Assembly (NCBI GenBank): GCA_002898535.1
Contig: BEHN01000007.1
Location: 4,946-68,945 of the forward strand
DNA: 64,000 nucleotides
Source of the DNA: a bacterium HR11
Lineage (GTDB): Bacteria > Acidobacteriota > HRBIN11
Direction of reading: 5' to 3'
A program made the translations under genes and the position numbers. The notes below the pieces were generated by a model, which made no database searches, had not been told where the DNA came from, and was given only the letters and a program-made list of their open reading frames with translations. Position 1 is the stretch's first letter. Each line of letters begins with the position of its first letter. This document shows positions 62,470-64,000 of this stretch, in pieces.

Positions 62470-62740
62470 CATTCAGGAATCCGGGAATCCGGCCGTTCGG
62501 GAGTTCGGGAATTGGGTAAGTGGGATGCGGATGTCACTGTCCCATAAGTCCATCCTGGATGCGCGGTATACGTCCCCTTCAGACCTTGCTCCCACGGGTC
62601 CCATCCCGATGAAGGTCGTGGGAACGGAGGACCGACCCGCGACGGACGTCGCCCCCGGGACGCCCGTCGGACGGTGGACATCCCTCGGCCGACCTTCCGA
62701 ATCCCCGGATGCCCGGATTCCCGAATCCCCTATTCCGAGA
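62470..62740. repeat. family B palindrome arms (62471-62515, 62697-62740) around a 180-bp core
   Basis: TTCAGGAATCCGGGAATCCGGCCGTTCGGGAGTTCGGGAATTGGG ... CCGAATCCCCGGATGCCCGGATTCCCGAATCCCC. Confidence 0.55.
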
Positions 62741-63815
62741 CGGGCCATCGGTCGATGCCCAGCAGGGAGGGGTCCCCGTCGGCCAGCACGCGAACGAGCT
62801 CTTCGTAAAAGTAGTCCCGCTGGGCGACGACCGACCGGGGGAACCGCTCGAGGTAGACCTTCCGACTCCGCTCGATGTCCTCCCGCAGGCGTTCATAGAG
62901 GTCCCGGTACTGACGGCCCATGACGACTTGCTGTTCGTTGTACATCTTGATTTCCTGGACAAGCAGACGGGCGAAGCGTTGCGCCTCTTCGTGGAGTCGC
63001 TTTTCCTCGGGGGCGACCTCAGGCGGGGCCGGGGCCGGCGGCTCGGCGGCCTGGGCCTTGCGGGTCTGGATCCACTTCAACCGGGAAGGCATCGTCTCGA
63101 CGGCCATGGCGGCGTGCCGGACGAGGATCTCGATGGCCATCGGCTCTTCCGGCTTCCAGGGACCCGACCGACGGTCCGCATAGAGGAGACCGACCGGCTT
63201 GCCTTTCACGAGGATCGGGAACAGGGCAAAGACCTCGGGAAGGTACCCGGCCATTTCCTGTAAGATGGCCTGATCGGCGGGCCCAAAGGGCGGCGTCGCC
63301 ACCTGGGTCGTCTGCGACTCATAGCACCGGGCCCAGGCACTGGGAGTATCCAGGGGGACTGAAAAGTTCCGAAACCGTTCCCCGTCCGCCCCGACCCCCT
63401 GCAGGCGGAGCCCCTGCCAGCCGACCAGGGCGTTTCCTCGAACGACGAAGACGGCGATCCCGTCGCAAAAACCCGAGACACCCCGCAAGAGGGCCTGTAG
63501 CAGGGCCCCCTGGGTCTCGGCCATGTCGATGGCGTCCACGGCCTCCATCAAAGCCGGTAGGGGCGACGGCGGAGGCGGCGGGAGAAGCTCGACGACCTGG
63601 GCCGCCCAGTCGGCGACGGGCTGGTCGATGTTCGGGACGGACCAACCATGGACCGTCTCTTCCAGTTGAACCAGGGACTGCTCGAGGGCCTGAAAAACCT
63701 GCCGCAAACGCTGGAGCACCTCGCCGACCCGCTCCTGTTGCTGACGGCCCGTCTCCTGAAGCAGGCTGGCGACCCGCTCCGCTAAAAAGCCCCGGATTTC
63801 GTCGATAAGTTCCAT
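62730..63815 (-). CDS. hypothetical GAF-domain-containing protein
   Basis: 361 aa. The N-terminal part is coiled-coil. The central GAF-like fold is ...GIAVFVVRGNALVGWQGLRL...ILVKGKPVGLLYADRRSG... The C-terminal part is basic and helical (KMYNEQQVVMGRQYRDLYERL). The antisense ORF 62709..63263 was rejected. Confidence 0.5.
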   Translation of the reverse strand: MELIDEIRGFLAERVASLLQETGRQQQERVGEVLQRLRQVFQALEQSLVQLEETVHGWSVPNIDQPVADWAAQVVELLPPPPPSPLPALMEAVDAIDMAETQGALLQALLRGVSGFCDGIAVFVVRGNALVGWQGLRLQGVGADGERFRNFSVPLDTPSAWARCYESQTTQVATPPFGPADQAILQEMAGYLPEVFALFPILVKGKPVGLLYADRRSGPWKPEEPMAIEILVRHAAMAVETMPSRLKWIQTRKAQAAEPPAPAPPEVAPEEKRLHEEAQRFARLLVQEIKMYNEQQVVMGRQYRDLYERLREDIERSRKVYLERFPRSVVAQRDYFYEELVRVLADGDPSLLGIDRWPVSE

Positions 63816-63896
63816 GGGATGCCTCCCGAGAGCGCCAAAGTTTCCCCCCTATTGTCCCGTATATCCCCCGGGGATGCAAGATGGGCCTCGGGCAAG

Positions 63897-64000
63897 GACC
63901 CCAGACTCCAGACCACGGACCCCAGACCTGTCTCGGGCGACCGGGCGGCCTCGTCCTGAGACCCTATAGGTCTGTGGTCCATGGTCTATGGTCCATCCCT
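63897..64000. repeat. family C palindrome (CCAGACTCCAGACCACGGACCCCAGACC ... GGTCTGTGGTCCATGGTCTATGGTCC)
   Basis: 7-bp periodic inverted arrays at the window edge. Confidence 0.55.

Noticed and set aside
1-64000. Searched for CRISPR arrays, rRNA and tRNA genes, reverse transcriptases/retrons, restriction-modification systems, toxin-antitoxin pairs and classic defense domains.
   Set aside because: No direct-repeat/spacer array, no tRNA T-arm consensus (GGTTCGAATCC-like) in any spacer, and no RT (YxDD), HEPN, TIR, SIR2 or PD-(D/E)xK signatures were recognisable by eye in any coding-like frame.

Overview
This is a high-GC (about 66-67%) chromosomal window from a diderm, thermophile-like bacterium. 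Its proteins are Arg/Trp/Glu-rich, YidC carries a large periplasmic domain, and a TolC-like outer membrane factor is present. No rRNA, tRNA or CRISPR array was recognised.

The coding content is mostly housekeeping plus a few accessory loci:
- A cusC-cusB-cusA heavy-metal RND efflux operon followed by a tonB-family gene.
- tig-clpP.
- A secreted beta-propeller gene of strongly lower GC (about 50%), bracketed by two direct copies of a MITE-like element.
- ppdK.
- rtcB interrupted by a 509-aa LAGLIDADG intein, then a DnaC/IstB-like AAA+ gene, mutL, a CorC/HlyC-family gene, and ribE-ribBA.
- A block of uncharacterised genes: a HEAT-repeat protein and a conserved hypothetical gene upstream of mtnA, and further downstream a VKOR-like gene, a Trp-rich protein and an amidohydrolase.
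- mtnA.
- rpmH-rnpA-yidD-yidC (rpmH is absent from the ORF track).
- An orphan CcmA-like ABC ATPase.
- nuoJ-K-L-M-N, with an 18-aa tandem-repeat, tail-anchored coiled-coil gene wedged between nuoL and nuoM.
- A translationally coupled minus-strand chain argF-ribH-nusB-[DUF4388/PATAN-REC-GAF]-cheY-cheA-[ExeA-like AAA]-[zinc-ribbon pseudo-receiver]-[HEAT-repeat]-cheR-cheB. This looks like an alternative (non-flagellar, Che7/Pil-Chp-like) chemosensory system with no MCP or CheW gene in the window.
- A kinase-like/dCMP-deaminase fusion and a GAF protein.

Nearly every intergenic gap is filled with palindromic repeats built from 7-bp tandem units:
- About 12 copies of a 260-320 bp MITE-like element with CAGAGCCGTTCGG...CCGAACGGCTCTG termini.
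- At least five further heptamer families (GAATTCCCGAA-type, GGTCTATGG-type, GCGAGTAGCGAATGGCGAG-type, CATGAGCC-type, AATGAGGAATGGGG-type).

These repeats generate most of the spurious ORFs in the six-frame track. Antisense shadow ORFs opposite real genes are also common, as expected at this GC.

A roughly 650-nt ORF-free GC-rich stretch between cusC and tig is unexplained and may be a structured RNA.

Gene boundaries were set by arithmetic from the ORF-track frames and should be exact. Repeat coordinates are approximate (about +/-10 bp).
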